Positions 10,586-21,097 of a stretch of 64,000 bases of DNA are shown here, one piece after another. The position numbers and the translations under genes were made by a program. The notes beneath the pieces are model-generated. The model had not been told where the DNA came from. It saw only the letters and a program-made list of their open reading frames with translations, and searched no databases. The stretch lies in the NCBI GenBank assembly GCA_963789265.1, contig CAWBKB010000001.1, positions 1,184,001 to 1,248,000 of the forward strand, read 5' to 3'. The DNA comes from an uncultured delta proteobacterium (GTDB lineage: Bacteria > Desulfobacterota > Desulfomonilia > Desulfomonilales > Desulfomonilaceae). Each line of letters opens with the position of its first letter. Position 1 is the stretch's first letter.

Positions 10586-12058
10586 ATGACCAGAAGTGGA
10601 ATTGCCCTTGCCGCAACGTTTGTGCTGATGCTCCTTCTCTGCGGCCAAGTGATCGGGGATTCGGCGGAGAAGTTGTTCAGCCAGGCGGTTGCGGCTGAAC
10701 GTTCGGGGAATCTAGACGCGTCAATAGAATTATTCAGTCAGGCCACGAAGTTAGCTCCGGAAAATGGGGCCATCTACAACAATCGGGGGATCGTTTACGT
10801 GCGAAAGAAAGACCTTGATCCGGCGATAGAAGATTTCGATCAAGCTATAAGACTCGATCCTGACAATGCTGGAGCGTACAACAACAGGGGGATGGCTTTC
10901 GAAGAAAAAGGAGACCTTCATCAGGCGGCTGAGGACTACGACAAGGCCCTGGATATTGATCGAGAACACGTTCAGGCACTGCTTAACCGGGCCCTTCTGT
11001 CGGCACGGACTGGTGCTCCTGAGAGAGCTTTCGCAGACCTGAAAGAACTCGTTCGAATCGACGAGCGCAATGCCAAGGCCCGCGTGCTATTGGGGAAACT
11101 CTATTTGGCCGACGGTTCGCCTGACAGGGCCCTGAAAGAGTTCTCCACGGCCTTGCGTCCGGAGCCTCGAAATCTTGGGGCCTTAGCGGGGATCGGCGAT
11201 GCGAACTTTGTCAAAGGTCGATTCAGTAAGGCCATCGAAGCCTATACCGAAGCCCTTGCCGACGGCCCAAGCGACCCCATAATCCTTGCGAATCGCTGCT
11301 CCGCGTTCATCCGGACCAAAGATTTCGACAAGGCCGTGCCGGATTGTAAGGAGGCGGTGAAGCTGAAGCCGTCTTACGCAGAAGGATTTTACAACCTGGG
11401 TAATGCTTTGACGGCTCTGGCACGCGATCGTGAGGCGATTGAGGCTTACAATCATGCCATAGCGTTGCAGGCGGATCGCGCCGATTATTTTTATAACAGA
11501 GGAACAACCTTCGAGAAGCTTGGCGAAGACGAGAATGCGCTGGCCGATTTCAATCGCTCCTTGGAGCTTGATCCGAAGCACGCTGATGCCCTCAACAACA
11601 GAGGGTCCATTTTCCTTTCGAGAGGCAAGGTTCAGCGGGCTCAGGAGGATTTTGAGCGTGCCGCGCGCGAAGATCGGCGCAGTGTGCCGGCGTGGACGAA
11701 CCTTGCTGCCGCTTATTTGGCTGGTAATGCTCCTGAAAAGGCTGTTCCGATGCTGCAACGCGCCCTCAAGCTGGCTCCCAAAAATCCCGAAGTCCTGGCA
11801 CGCTTCGGTGACGCATGGGCAGCCAAGAACCGAATCGACAAGGCAGCAGCCGCTTACAGGAGAGCGTTGGATAGAGCGTCCACCCCGGATCAACGGACCC
11901 AAATCAATTTTCGGATGGGCCTTCTTTGGGAACGCTCCGGCAGCACTGGGAAGGCGGTGCAGTCTTACACGAAGGCTCTGGAAACAGCCGAGGATACATC
12001 CATGAAGAAAGGGCTGAAGGCAAAGATTGATGAATTAACGCTCCGAATGAAGAGATGA
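10586..12058 (+). CDS. Exported tetratricopeptide repeat protein
   Basis: Signal peptide; ~12 TPR motifs (AYNNRG...A..DF..AI.LDP). Confidence 0.9.
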   Translation: MTRSGIALAATFVLMLLLCGQVIGDSAEKLFSQAVAAERSGNLDASIELFSQATKLAPENGAIYNNRGIVYVRKKDLDPAIEDFDQAIRLDPDNAGAYNNRGMAFEEKGDLHQAAEDYDKALDIDREHVQALLNRALLSARTGAPERAFADLKELVRIDERNAKARVLLGKLYLADGSPDRALKEFSTALRPEPRNLGALAGIGDANFVKGRFSKAIEAYTEALADGPSDPIILANRCSAFIRTKDFDKAVPDCKEAVKLKPSYAEGFYNLGNALTALARDREAIEAYNHAIALQADRADYFYNRGTTFEKLGEDENALADFNRSLELDPKHADALNNRGSIFLSRGKVQRAQEDFERAAREDRRSVPAWTNLAAAYLAGNAPEKAVPMLQRALKLAPKNPEVLARFGDAWAAKNRIDKAAAAYRRALDRASTPDQRTQINFRMGLLWERSGSTGKAVQSYTKALETAEDTSMKKGLKAKIDELTLRMKR

Positions 12059-12120
12059 TAGTGAGTTTCTTCCCCAATCGATTGAAAGCTGTGATCCGCA
12101 CGGAAAGATAATTGGGAATC

Positions 12121-12253
12121 GTAAGCGTTCACAAGGAACTTCGTAATCGGCATCCCGCGTCGCGGGACCGATCCTACCGAGATCATAGTCGGGCCGGCGT
12201 CCCTGCCGGTTAATCCTGGTACCCGGTAAACCGCTTTCTCGCTGAACAGTTAC
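12121..12253. mobile_element. MITE family 1 copy
   Basis: GTAAGCGTTCA...TGAACAGTTAC termini; flanks TGGGAATC/CAGGAATC; homologous to 22262..22406. Confidence 0.8.
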
Positions 12254-12316
12254 CAGGAATCCTTCCGGCAATCTCGGAATTTACGGTCTTGGTTTGCTGA
12301 GGCACAGGAGTTTTAG

Positions 12317-15300
12317 ATGCTCTATTTCGCGGATCTTCATGTCCATTCCAAATACTCGCGAGCTACCTCCAAGGATTGCAATCTCATGGAACTGGCCAAA
12401 TGGGCGGCTCTTAAAGGAATCCGAGTCCTGGCCACAGGGGATTTCACTCACCCCGAATGGAGCCGGGAAATTCGCGAAATGCTGACCGAAGGCGAAAGGG
12501 GTTTATTACGTCTGAAGAAGGATCATCTTCCAAAGGTCATTGTCGTCCCCGACGGTTTTGGACCGGAGGACGTGCGCTTCATCCTAAATGTTGAAATAAG
12601 CTCCATTTACAAAAAACACGGAGCTACGAGAAAGGTACACAATCTCGTTTTTATGCCTGACCTGAACGCAATGGAGCGCTTCAACGCCAGGCTCGAGCGC
12701 ATTGGAAACATCAAGTCCGACGGCAGACCGATTCTCGGCCTGGACAGCAGGGATCTTCTCGAAATCGCTCTCGAAATCACGCCTGAATCTTTTCTTATCC
12801 CGGCGCACGTCTGGACTCCTTGGTTCTCGATGCTTGGATCTAAGTCCGGATTCAACTCCGTGGAAGAATGCTTCGACGACCTTTCCTCTCACATATTTGC
12901 ACTCGAAACCGGTCTCTCGTCAGATCCGGCAATGAATCACATGGTAAGTTCGCTGGACAAATACACCCTAATATCGAACTCGGATACGCATTCTCCTGCC
13001 AGGCTCGGTCGTGAAGCCAATATCTTTTCGGGAGATCCCGGATATGTTGCCATTCGCGAGGCCATACGCGAGGGCGGACGGGCGCTATCAGGCGGACCGG
13101 CGAGTAAAGGGGCTCTTGAACGTTATGATGTTTCGGACTGGACTGCGAAAGCAGAGGCAATATCAGGGGACTGCTTTATCGGCACAATAGAATTCTTTCC
13201 GGAGGAAGGGAAATACCACCTCGACGGACATAGGAAGTGCTCTGCCCGTTTGAGCCCGGAAGAAACTGAAAGGCTGAAGGGTCATTGTCCCGTGTGCGGA
13301 CGGCCGGTGACTGTAGGGGTCGTGAACCGCGTAAATGAACTCTCCGATCGGCCGGCGGGGTCGGCCCCGGAAGGCGCCACTCCATTCTGGAGAATGCTGC
13401 CGCTGGTAGAGATCATAGGTCAGGCCCTGGACGTGGGCCCCCAATCCAAGAAGGTCGGTGCCAGCTATGATGATCTTCTCCGGAAATTGGGACCGGAATT
13501 GATGATCCTATGGTCACACCCTCTGGAACAGATCGGCCGCCATGCGCCTGAAATAGTAGTCGAGGCAATACGCAGGGTCCGCAAGGGAGAGGTGTCGATC
13601 AAAGCTGGTTACGATGGTGAGTACGGCTCGGTTCAACTCTTTGGGCCGGGTGAACGCGAGCATTTTGGCGGACAGCAGGCTTTGGTTCCGGTTCATAAAC
13701 TTGAGGTGACCAGGCGTAGAAATGATGGATCCAAACTCGTGCGAAAAAAAAAAGCCGGCAACCAGTCTCAAATGATCCCTCCGGAAAAAAAAGATCGACC
13801 GCTGAATGAAGAGCAGCAGCAGGCCATAGAGACTATTGACCTGCCGGTCCTGGTCCAGGCTGGGCCAGGCACCGGAAAGACCAGGACTTTAACACACCGC
13901 ATCGCAAGCCTTATCAAAAGCGGGCGAGTCCGTCCGGAGAAGATCACCGCCGTAACATTCACCCGCAAGGCGGCCGCAGAAATGCGGCAGCGCCTCGGGG
14001 ATTTGCTTTCGCAGGAGTGCCTTCAGGGATGCTGGGTGGGGACATTCCACCAACTTGGAGCCCGGATTCTGGACTTCTGTAAGGAAAAGACCGGACTTGA
14101 CCGCAGAGAGCGGATACTGGGCGAGGACGAGGCTTTGACCATATTCAGGCAGGCCGTCAAGTCTACGGGTTTGGATCTGGCCCCTGCGCAGGTTCCTCCG
14201 CTTTTCAAGGAAGTGAGCCTCCTCAAACAGTCAACCGTGGATTCCTCGGATGCAAATGTCAATTCCGCGGTTCGACGGGCCTACGTTGCGTACCGAGGAG
14301 CAACTGAAAAGTGCAGGAGCCTATGACCTCGACGATCTTCTTGTCGTGCCGGTCCGACTCCTACGCGATCGCCCTTCTGCGGCCGTCGAACTAAGAGAAG
14401 CCATTGCCGAACACCTACTGGTGGATGAATTTCAAGATGTTAATAGAGCCCAGTACGAGATGGTCCGCCTGCTGGCGAGCCCGGTTGGGGAGGGACTATT
14501 TGTTATAGGCGACCCCGAACAGGCCATTTACGGCTTTCGCGGTTCGGACAGAAGATTCTTTCTTCGATTCGCTGAGGATTACCCGTCAGTGCATCAAGTA
14601 AGGCTGGCCAGGAATTATCGATCACAGGCGCCGATTCTCAAGGGGGCCTCGGATGTTCTTAATGGTGGACGGAGCGGGAACCTCCTCAAAGCCGAAAGAG
14701 CCGGAGCCAATCCCATCAAGATCGTTCAGATGCCTAATTCGGCTACGGAAGGAGAATTCATTGTTCGCACCATCGACGCGGCAATGGGCGGCGCGTCGTT
14801 CTTTTCTCTTGATTCCGGACAACTAACGCTTCAGGAGCGAGACCTCGGATTCAGGGATTTCGCGGTGCTATTCCGACTGAATGCGGTAGGGGATGCTATG
14901 GAAGAGGCCTTCAAGTCTTCAGGAATTCCGTACCAGCGAGCACGCAGAACCAGTCCGGCAGAGGAGGCCGAAGCACTGGATCCGCGTGCTGAAGCGGTCA
15001 CCTTGATGACAATTCATGCTTCCAAGGGCCTGGAGTTTCCGATAGTATTCATAGCCGGATGCGAAGAAGGCATAATTCCTTACGATCCGCCGGGTGGATC
15101 CGATCGCCGCCCGCCTGACGCGGATGAAGAATGTCGGCTTCTGTATGTCGCCATGACCAGAGCAGAAGATGAACTGTTCATAACGAGGGCGCGAAACAGA
15201 TTCGTTTACGGCCTCAAGGTCGAGAAACCCTCGATCCAGTTTTCTGAAGGCAATCGACCCTTCGATTTGCGAGTTCGTAGACCCGTTGGGCGGCCGACGT

Positions 15301-15336
15301 CGGCCGCGGTCCATTCAGTATGAGCTGTTCAAATGA
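12317..15336 (+). CDS. Endonuclease Q (PHP-like) - UvrD/Rep helicase fusion; frameshifts near 14293 and ~15232, probably artefactual
   Basis: ADLHVHSKYSRATS, PAHVWTPW, NSDTHS, GKYHLDGHRKC; AGPGTGKT, VDEFQD, GDPEQAIYGFRG, TIHASKGLEF, LYVAMTRA; reconstructed end QYELFK-stop. Confidence 0.85.
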
Positions 15337-15363
15337 GCGGAAGGGAGAATGCCCTCCTTGGGG

Positions 15364-15614
15364 GTAAGCATTCAGTTTTCAGCAAGAAAGTGTCATTAAA
15401 CCCGTGGGTCAGGCTTTCCGAAACTGTCTCAAAACCCCCTGAACAGGACGAAATCGTAACACGAAATGCCCTCACCCCAACCCTCTCCCTCTGGGAGAGG
15501 GTTGGGGTGAGGGCAACAACTATGCGAATGAGGCCCAATAGTGCCACGATTTTGGGCATCAAAATAGTTTTGAGACACTTTCGGAAAGCCTGCCCCACAT
15601 GAATGAACGCTTGC
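15364..15614. mobile_element. MITE family 1 copy containing a REP interrupted by a MITE family 2 copy (15420..15582)
   Basis: Outer GTAAGCATTCAG/TGAACGCTTGC; inner GAAACTGTCTCAAAA/TTTTGAGACACTTTC between GGCTTTCC and GGAAAGCC. Confidence 0.7.
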
Positions 15615-15631
15615 ATTTGGGTAAAAGGCTC

Positions 15632-15665
15632 TTGACAAAAAGAGGATATTCAGATATTTAAATAT
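15632..15665 (+). promoter_or_regulatory. Sigma70 -35 (TTGACA) with an imperfect palindromic operator ATATTCAGAT|ATTTAAATAT, probably for ArsR
   Basis: TTGACA at 15632; 20-bp palindrome at 15646..15665 (8/10) over the -10 region; arsR lies downstream in the same orientation. Confidence 0.55.
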
Positions 15666-15674
15666 AAAAGGAGA

Positions 15675-16448
15675 ATGACTGTGCCTGGAGGGAAATTGCT
15701 GCTCTTCACTGATAATCGTGTCATTTCGGTGAGCTTGATAATCATTGTGGTCTTAATCGGACTTTTCGGTGGCTCCTATTCGGCCGGTGCAGCCGGAGCC
15801 CCGGAAGGAGCTGCATTCCAGGTTCTTAGGAATCCTCCGCTAGCCGGCGATCTCAAGATGGCCATGTTGGACGGCAGGATCGGCAGTCTGTCCGGTTTTA
15901 GAGGAAAGGTGGTCATTCTGAATTTCTGGAGAAACAAGTGCCACTACTGTGCCATGGAAAAAGGGTTCCTGAAAGACATGCTGGGATCCATGAATACGAA
16001 TGATCTTAAGGTCGTTTGCGCCGACTTTTGGGACCCGCCTTCCTGGGTCAGGGCTTACGGCAAGTCCGGCACGGGGGGTCTGATTATTACCTCCGGCCCG
16101 GCGGGACGGCAGGCGGTCATGCAAAACGTGGTCAGGGGACGTCTCATGGGTTATTACATTGTCAATGAGCAAAATGAGGCGATTTACGAGATAAAAGGCT
16201 TTCCATCAAGCTATGTCATCAATAAAGAAGGACAGGTCGTCGCGGTGCATCTGGGATTGGCTCGTTGGAACAGCCCTCCGGTTCGGAAGTGGCTCGCGGC
16301 TCTTGTGGGAACGAAACGGCCCGGGAAAGCCGGCGACTCGGAATATGAACCGCCAGGCTGGCTTGACCGCCTCCTGACCAACCCGATTAGCAGAAGCCTG
16401 CCGGTTTATGGTCCGAGTAAGACCGCGCGGGCCACTGTGAGTCATTAG
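15675..16448 (+). CDS. TlpA/redoxin family thiol-disulfide oxidoreductase
   Basis: RGKVVILNFWRNKCHYC, GFPSSYVINKEG; N-terminal membrane anchor. Confidence 0.85.
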   Translation: MTVPGGKLLLFTDNRVISVSLIIIVVLIGLFGGSYSAGAAGAPEGAAFQVLRNPPLAGDLKMAMLDGRIGSLSGFRGKVVILNFWRNKCHYCAMEKGFLKDMLGSMNTNDLKVVCADFWDPPSWVRAYGKSGTGGLIITSGPAGRQAVMQNVVRGRLMGYYIVNEQNEAIYEIKGFPSSYVINKEGQVVAVHLGLARWNSPPVRKWLAALVGTKRPGKAGDSEYEPPGWLDRLLTNPISRSLPVYGPSKTARATVSH

Positions 16449-16501
16449 CCGGTGGCTCTGGACGAAAAGAGATCCGGCAGCTCGAAGTTAGTGAGGAACA
16501 C

Positions 16502-16642
16502 ATGGACCTATGGCTTTTGATAGCGATGTTGGTAGGGTGGTTCGCATTGAACAAATGGGTACTACCTCGCTTTGGGGTTTCCACATGAATGTCCCAGGAA
16601 TGTTCATCCGGGGACCGGGTGAAGGAAAAAGCAAAAGAGTAA
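16502..16642 (+). CDS. Candidate 46-aa single-TM selenoprotein (UxxxxC), absent from the ORF track
   Basis: GAGGA RBS; MDLWLLIAMLVGWFALNKWVLPRFGVST-TGA(16586)-MSQECSSGDRVKEKAKE-TAA; hairpin 16591..16615 right after the UGA. Confidence 0.6.
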
Positions 16643-16683
16643 AGCTCGAAGAAGTTGCAACTTTTTGATCGAAGGTGGGACCA

Positions 16684-17043
16684 ATGAACCTCTCAGCAGA
16701 AACGGCAAGAGAGAACGAACATGACCTCGATGAACTTTTCCGGGAGATCAAGACGAAGGAGTTCTCCAGGGAAGCTGAAATTCTTAAGGCGCTTGGGCAT
16801 CCAATCAGGTTGAAGATTGTGTATGGTTTACTCAAAGTGGGGGGATGCAACGTCAAGCACATGCAGGAGTGCTTGGGACTGCACCAGGCTACTGTGTCAC
16901 AACACCTGATTCATCTCAAAAGCCGCGGCATTATCACATCTACCCGCCAGGGCCTTGAAATGGTGTACAGAGTCACTGACCCGTGGGCCAAGTGCATTAT
17001 CGACAATATCGAAAAGAAACTAAGAGAAGAAGAGGGCGATTAG
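16684..17043 (+). CDS. ArsR/SmtB family transcriptional regulator
   Basis: LKALGHPIRLKIV...QATVSQHL..LKSRGII...R.G..MVYRV. Confidence 0.9.
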   Translation: MNLSAETARENEHDLDELFREIKTKEFSREAEILKALGHPIRLKIVYGLLKVGGCNVKHMQECLGLHQATVSQHLIHLKSRGIITSTRQGLEMVYRVTDPWAKCIIDNIEKKLREEEGD

Positions 17044-17234
17044 GCGCGGCTTCCTCCTGTACTTGCTTGACCTTCCTTAAGGGCCTACCACAGGCTTGGC
17101 CTTTTTGTGCTCGACGATACCTCCAACCATTTCTTACTCTCGCAATCGGCTCTCGGTGGTGTATACTATATTTTTAGCATCCTATGCACACGATGTTCGC
17201 GAATTCGTCTGCCAATTGTGAGAGGGGTGACCAG

Positions 17235-17655
17235 ATGGCTGATCTCGTGAGATTCGGGGTATCCATCCCTGACGATCTGCTGGAGAAGTTCGACATCCTC
17301 ATCGCGGAACAAGGCTATACTAACCGGTCCGAGGCTATCAGAGATCTCATACGGAATCGCTTTGTCGAGGACGAGTGGAGCCGCTCGGAAGAGGACGTCG
17401 TCGGCACTGTGACAGTCGTCTATAACCACGAACAGAGCGATCTGGCCCAGAAGCTAACCGAAATCCAGCACAGAAAGCACGATCTCATCATTTCCTCGGT
17501 TCACGTGCATCTGGATAAGCATAATTGCCTGGAAGGTACTTATTATGAGGGGAGCGCCCGCTGAGGTGAAAAAGGCAGGGGAGCTTCTCATCTCCACTCG
17601 CGGTGTGAAGCACGGCAAAATCACTATGACCACCACCGGAAAAGAATTGGATTAG
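17235..17655 (+). CDS. nikR: Nickel-responsive regulator NikR (single extra G near 17536)
   Basis: VRFGVS...[11 protein letters not shown]...[11 protein letters not shown]; continues VLIMRG...GVKHGK in the shifted frame. Confidence 0.88.
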
Positions 17656-17672
17656 CAGAAGCCCTTCCGTAA

Positions 17673-18258
<586 letters not shown>

Positions 18259-18295
18259 GGTGCGGTCACTGAGTCCGCCGGCGCAGACAGTCGAT

Positions 18296-18324
18296 TTGAC
18301 GTCAAGACGTTTAAACGTTATATT
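18296..18324 (+). promoter_or_regulatory. Sigma70 promoter TTGACG-N17-TATATT with three ACGT-core boxes; probably leaderless
   Basis: GACGTC-AA-GACGTT-TA-AACGTT; ATG is 7 nt after the -10 and has no SD. Confidence 0.65.
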
Positions 18325-18330
18325 AGCTGT

Positions 18331-18564
18331 ATGAAGACGTCACACAAAAGAGCCACCATCTATCTCGATCCGGATCTTCATCGGGCCCTTCGGGTGAAAG
18401 CCGTGGAGACGGACAGGACCATCTCCGATCTGGTAAACGAGGCAGTGAGGCTGAGACTTGCTGAAGATGCCGAAGACCTTGCAGCGTTTGACGACCGCGC
18501 GCGCGAACCTGACCTGCACTTCGAAGACGTTTTGAAAGATCTTAAGCGGCGTGCCAAAATATAG
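18331..18564 (+). CDS. CopG/RHH antitoxin
   Basis: KRATIYLDPDLHRALRVKA...ISDLVNEAVR..LAEDAEDL. Confidence 0.85.
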   Translation: MKTSHKRATIYLDPDLHRALRVKAVETDRTISDLVNEAVRLRLAEDAEDLAAFDDRAREPDLHFEDVLKDLKRRAKI

Positions 18565-18811
18565 CATTCTCATCAAACCGTCTGCGGTCAAAGAAATTGA
18601 GACTATTGGCACGAAAAAGGATCGTCAGCGCATCGTTGCTCAGATAAGAAAACTCGGCTACGATCCGCGTCCGTGTGGATGCGAAAAGCTGTCCGGCCAT
18701 GATAAGTACCGCATCCGGCAAGGGCGCTTTAGAATTGTCTATTCAATTGAAGATCGGGAATTGGCGGTCTACGTGGTCAAGGTTGGGCACCGGAGAGAAG
18801 TGTACCGGTAG
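18551..18811 (+). CDS. relE: RelE/ParE family toxin
   Basis: DPRPCGCEKLSGHDKYRIRQGRFRIVYSI...VVKVGHRREVYR. Confidence 0.9.
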   Translation: MPKYSILIKPSAVKEIETIGTKKDRQRIVAQIRKLGYDPRPCGCEKLSGHDKYRIRQGRFRIVYSIEDRELAVYVVKVGHRREVYR

Positions 18812-18891
18812 AGTTCGAGACTGCAGATTGTTGCCGAACTTTTCCTCAGGGTAGTAGTCCAACCAGCATATTGCTTATAAAGGGGGAAAAG

Positions 18892-19295
18892 ATGGCCGAC
18901 GATTTCAAAGGACATGGGGACTTTATCAAGCAGCACGGCGCTTTTTGCTGGTCCGAATTGATGACGACCGATGTGCCGGCCGCGCTCGGAATTCTACACT
19001 AAGCTTTTCGGATGGACCACCCAGCAACTCGAAGAAGAATTCGGATCGTACGTATTGGTAAAGGTGGGCGAAAACGAAGTCGGTGGCGTCATGGCAACGC
19101 CTCCTGAAGCCCAAGGCATGCCGCCGATGTGGGGCGTGTACGTGACGGTCGACGACGTAGATGCAACGGCCAAAATGGCTGGCCGAGCTTGGCGGAAAAA
19201 TATTGGTTCCGCCAAGAGACATTCCGAACGTGGGGCGTTTTTGCGTAATTCAGGATCCTCAGGGGGCAGTGATCTCAGCGATCACAACCAAGTAG
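18892..19295 (+). CDS. VOC/glyoxalase family protein (two frameshifts)
   Basis: HGAFCWSELMTTD / FYTKLFGW...WGVYVTVDDVDA / LGGKILVPPRDIPNVGRFCVIQDPQGA in successive frames. Confidence 0.8.
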
Positions 19296-19338
19296 GGTAT
19301 GTAGGGCGTACCTGGTGTCCGCGCAGGGCAGCCACACA

Positions 19339-19600
19339 GAGACTGTCTCAAAAGTGCGGATCGAGTCGAGACCGTGACACGAAAGTCGCTAGAGTTCTGG
19401 TTCCCAATCCCGTGTGTCGCGGGACTGGGAACCAGAAAACTTTGGTGTGCATTTCGTTGCCCTCACCCCAACCCTCTCCCAGAGGGAGAGGGAGCCATTC
19501 CAGAGTGGCTATTAGAGTCACCTCGCCCTTTGGGAGAGGGTCAGGGTGAGGGGATTACGTGTTACGATGTCCTCCCGTTCAAGAGTTTTGCAACAGTTTC
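19339..19600. mobile_element. MITE family 2 inserted into a REP palindrome
   Basis: GAGACTGTCTCAAAA...TTTTGCAACAGTTTC; 4-bp duplication CACA; internal CCCTCACCC...GGGTGAGGG palindromes. Confidence 0.8.
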
Positions 19601-19631
19601 CACAGGTTTGCCCCTGCATTCCAAACCGGGG

Positions 19632-19865
19632 TCAGTGCAGCATGCGATCGCCCTTGACCTTAACCAGATCGAGCAGATCGCGCACGCCTATAGAAACTGG
19701 AGGCGCTCCTTCAAAGCCAAATGCACACTTGCCGCTGTCGGTAACAGTTAAAGCAAAATAGCCTTCTGGAAATTGCGCTATCAAGGTAGCGCCGGTGCAA
19801 GGTTTGTCGGTTACCACCATATCTTTATCTAAAATCAGGGTTGCCAGGATTTTCTCGTCTGTCAT
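19632..19865 (-). CDS. Small hypothetical protein
   Basis: 77-aa ORF with AAGGA RBS and protein-like composition. Confidence 0.5.
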   Translation of the reverse strand: MTDEKILATLILDKDMVVTDKPCTGATLIAQFPEGYFALTVTDSGKCAFGFEGAPPVSIGVRDLLDLVKVKGDRMLH

Positions 19866-19941
19866 GTTTTTTCGTTTTCCTTCTATTGTTCCAATCCCCT
19901 ACCTTCCATAGTATTAGCGGTATAAATGAAACATGCAAGAT

Positions 19942-20380
19942 GAAACTGTCTCAAAGTAGCGGTTTGTGAGAGAAAATTGGAGGACGATTCTCGAAATACG
20001 GCGGGCATCCTGCCCGTCGATTAGTAGGATGGGCATCCTGCCCGTCGATTAGTAGAATGCGGACCCGATTCGTGCTCAAAGTCCCCCTTTTCTAAAGGAG
20101 GATTTATACCGATTCTCTTTCAAGCAAGTGACACCGTGTTTCCAGTAGGGGCGGGTTTCAAACCCGCCCGCCCCTACATGTCGTCGTGCCCGTGTACGCG
20201 GGGCAATGTAGGGGCGACCGGCGGGTCGCCCAGGGCGAATGCCATTCGCCCCTACCATGCCCAGATCCGAGTCCGGGGCGAGACGGATGGCGGGAAGTCC
20301 CGCGTTCCGTGTGGAGTGCCCCCACATTTTGCCCAAGATTGTCACCTCTTTGACGGTGCATTGGCATTAGGGGGATTTTC
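19942..20380. repeat. Cluster of mixed REP palindromes
   Basis: Tandem GGGCATCCTGCCCGTCGATTAGTAG x2; GTAGGGGCGGGTTTCAAACCCGCCC; GTAGGGGCGACCGGCGGGTCGCCC...GGGCGAATGCCATTCGCCCCTAC. Confidence 0.75.
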
Positions 20381-20509
20381 AACGGGTCATCAAAAAGAAC
20401 CTTCCTTTCGGAAAGGAGAAAAATTCGCCCTTCGCAAACCTATTTGAATGCTTGTGGGCAGGATCCCACCCTTCACCGCAAAATACCCCTCCTCGCCAGT
20501 GGATCCGCA

Positions 20510-21082
20510 TCAATTCGACACATGCTTGAGGACCGCCGATTCCACCACCAGATTCCCCTGGTTCCTGCTACTGTAGCCGTCCCCCGTCCAGTACTCCATG
20601 TGATATCCGGTGCCGCCGGAGCCCGTACCTGCCTCCCAACCGGGCTGACTCTTGTTGCTGTCGTCATAGCCCTGAATCCACTCATTAACGTAATACTTCC
20701 CGATGCTTGGACCGGTTGACGAAGGGGTTAGCCCATTTACACCTTCTTTTCCCGGAAACGGGTATTGGCTGGGGTTGGGGACTGGGCTCGTGCTGTCCGC
20801 ATCACTTGTGTTAGTCGTTGGAATCGACCTTACCTGAGGGCCGGAATTCAAAGGCCCGGCGCCGGTGTAGCTCGGAGGATCCGGAACATTGCTATTCTTC
20901 AGATCGTTGAAAGCTATGCCGCATGCCCCATCTGCGAGGTTGAACAGCTTGTTGTAGTTCTTTATCGCTCCGGTGAATTGCAGGTCCAGCCGGGACATTT
21001 GCATAAGACCGACCCCGAGCAAGCTGATCACGCCAAGAAACAAGAGAACTATGACAACTGCATATCCTTGGTTGTTATTCAT
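20510..21082 (-). CDS. pilX: Type IV minor pilin, PilX-like
   Basis: NNQG|YAVVIVLLFL hydrophobic N-terminus lacking Glu5; last gene of the minor pilin operon. Confidence 0.75.
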   Translation of the reverse strand: MNNNQGYAVVIVLLFLGVISLLGVGLMQMSRLDLQFTGAIKNYNKLFNLADGACGIAFNDLKNSNVPDPPSYTGAGPLNSGPQVRSIPTTNTSDADSTSPVPNPSQYPFPGKEGVNGLTPSSTGPSIGKYYVNEWIQGYDDSNKSQPGWEAGTGSGGTGYHMEYWTGDGYSSRNQGNLVVESAVLKHVSN

Positions 21083-21097
21083 CTGTCATCCCTCTTC

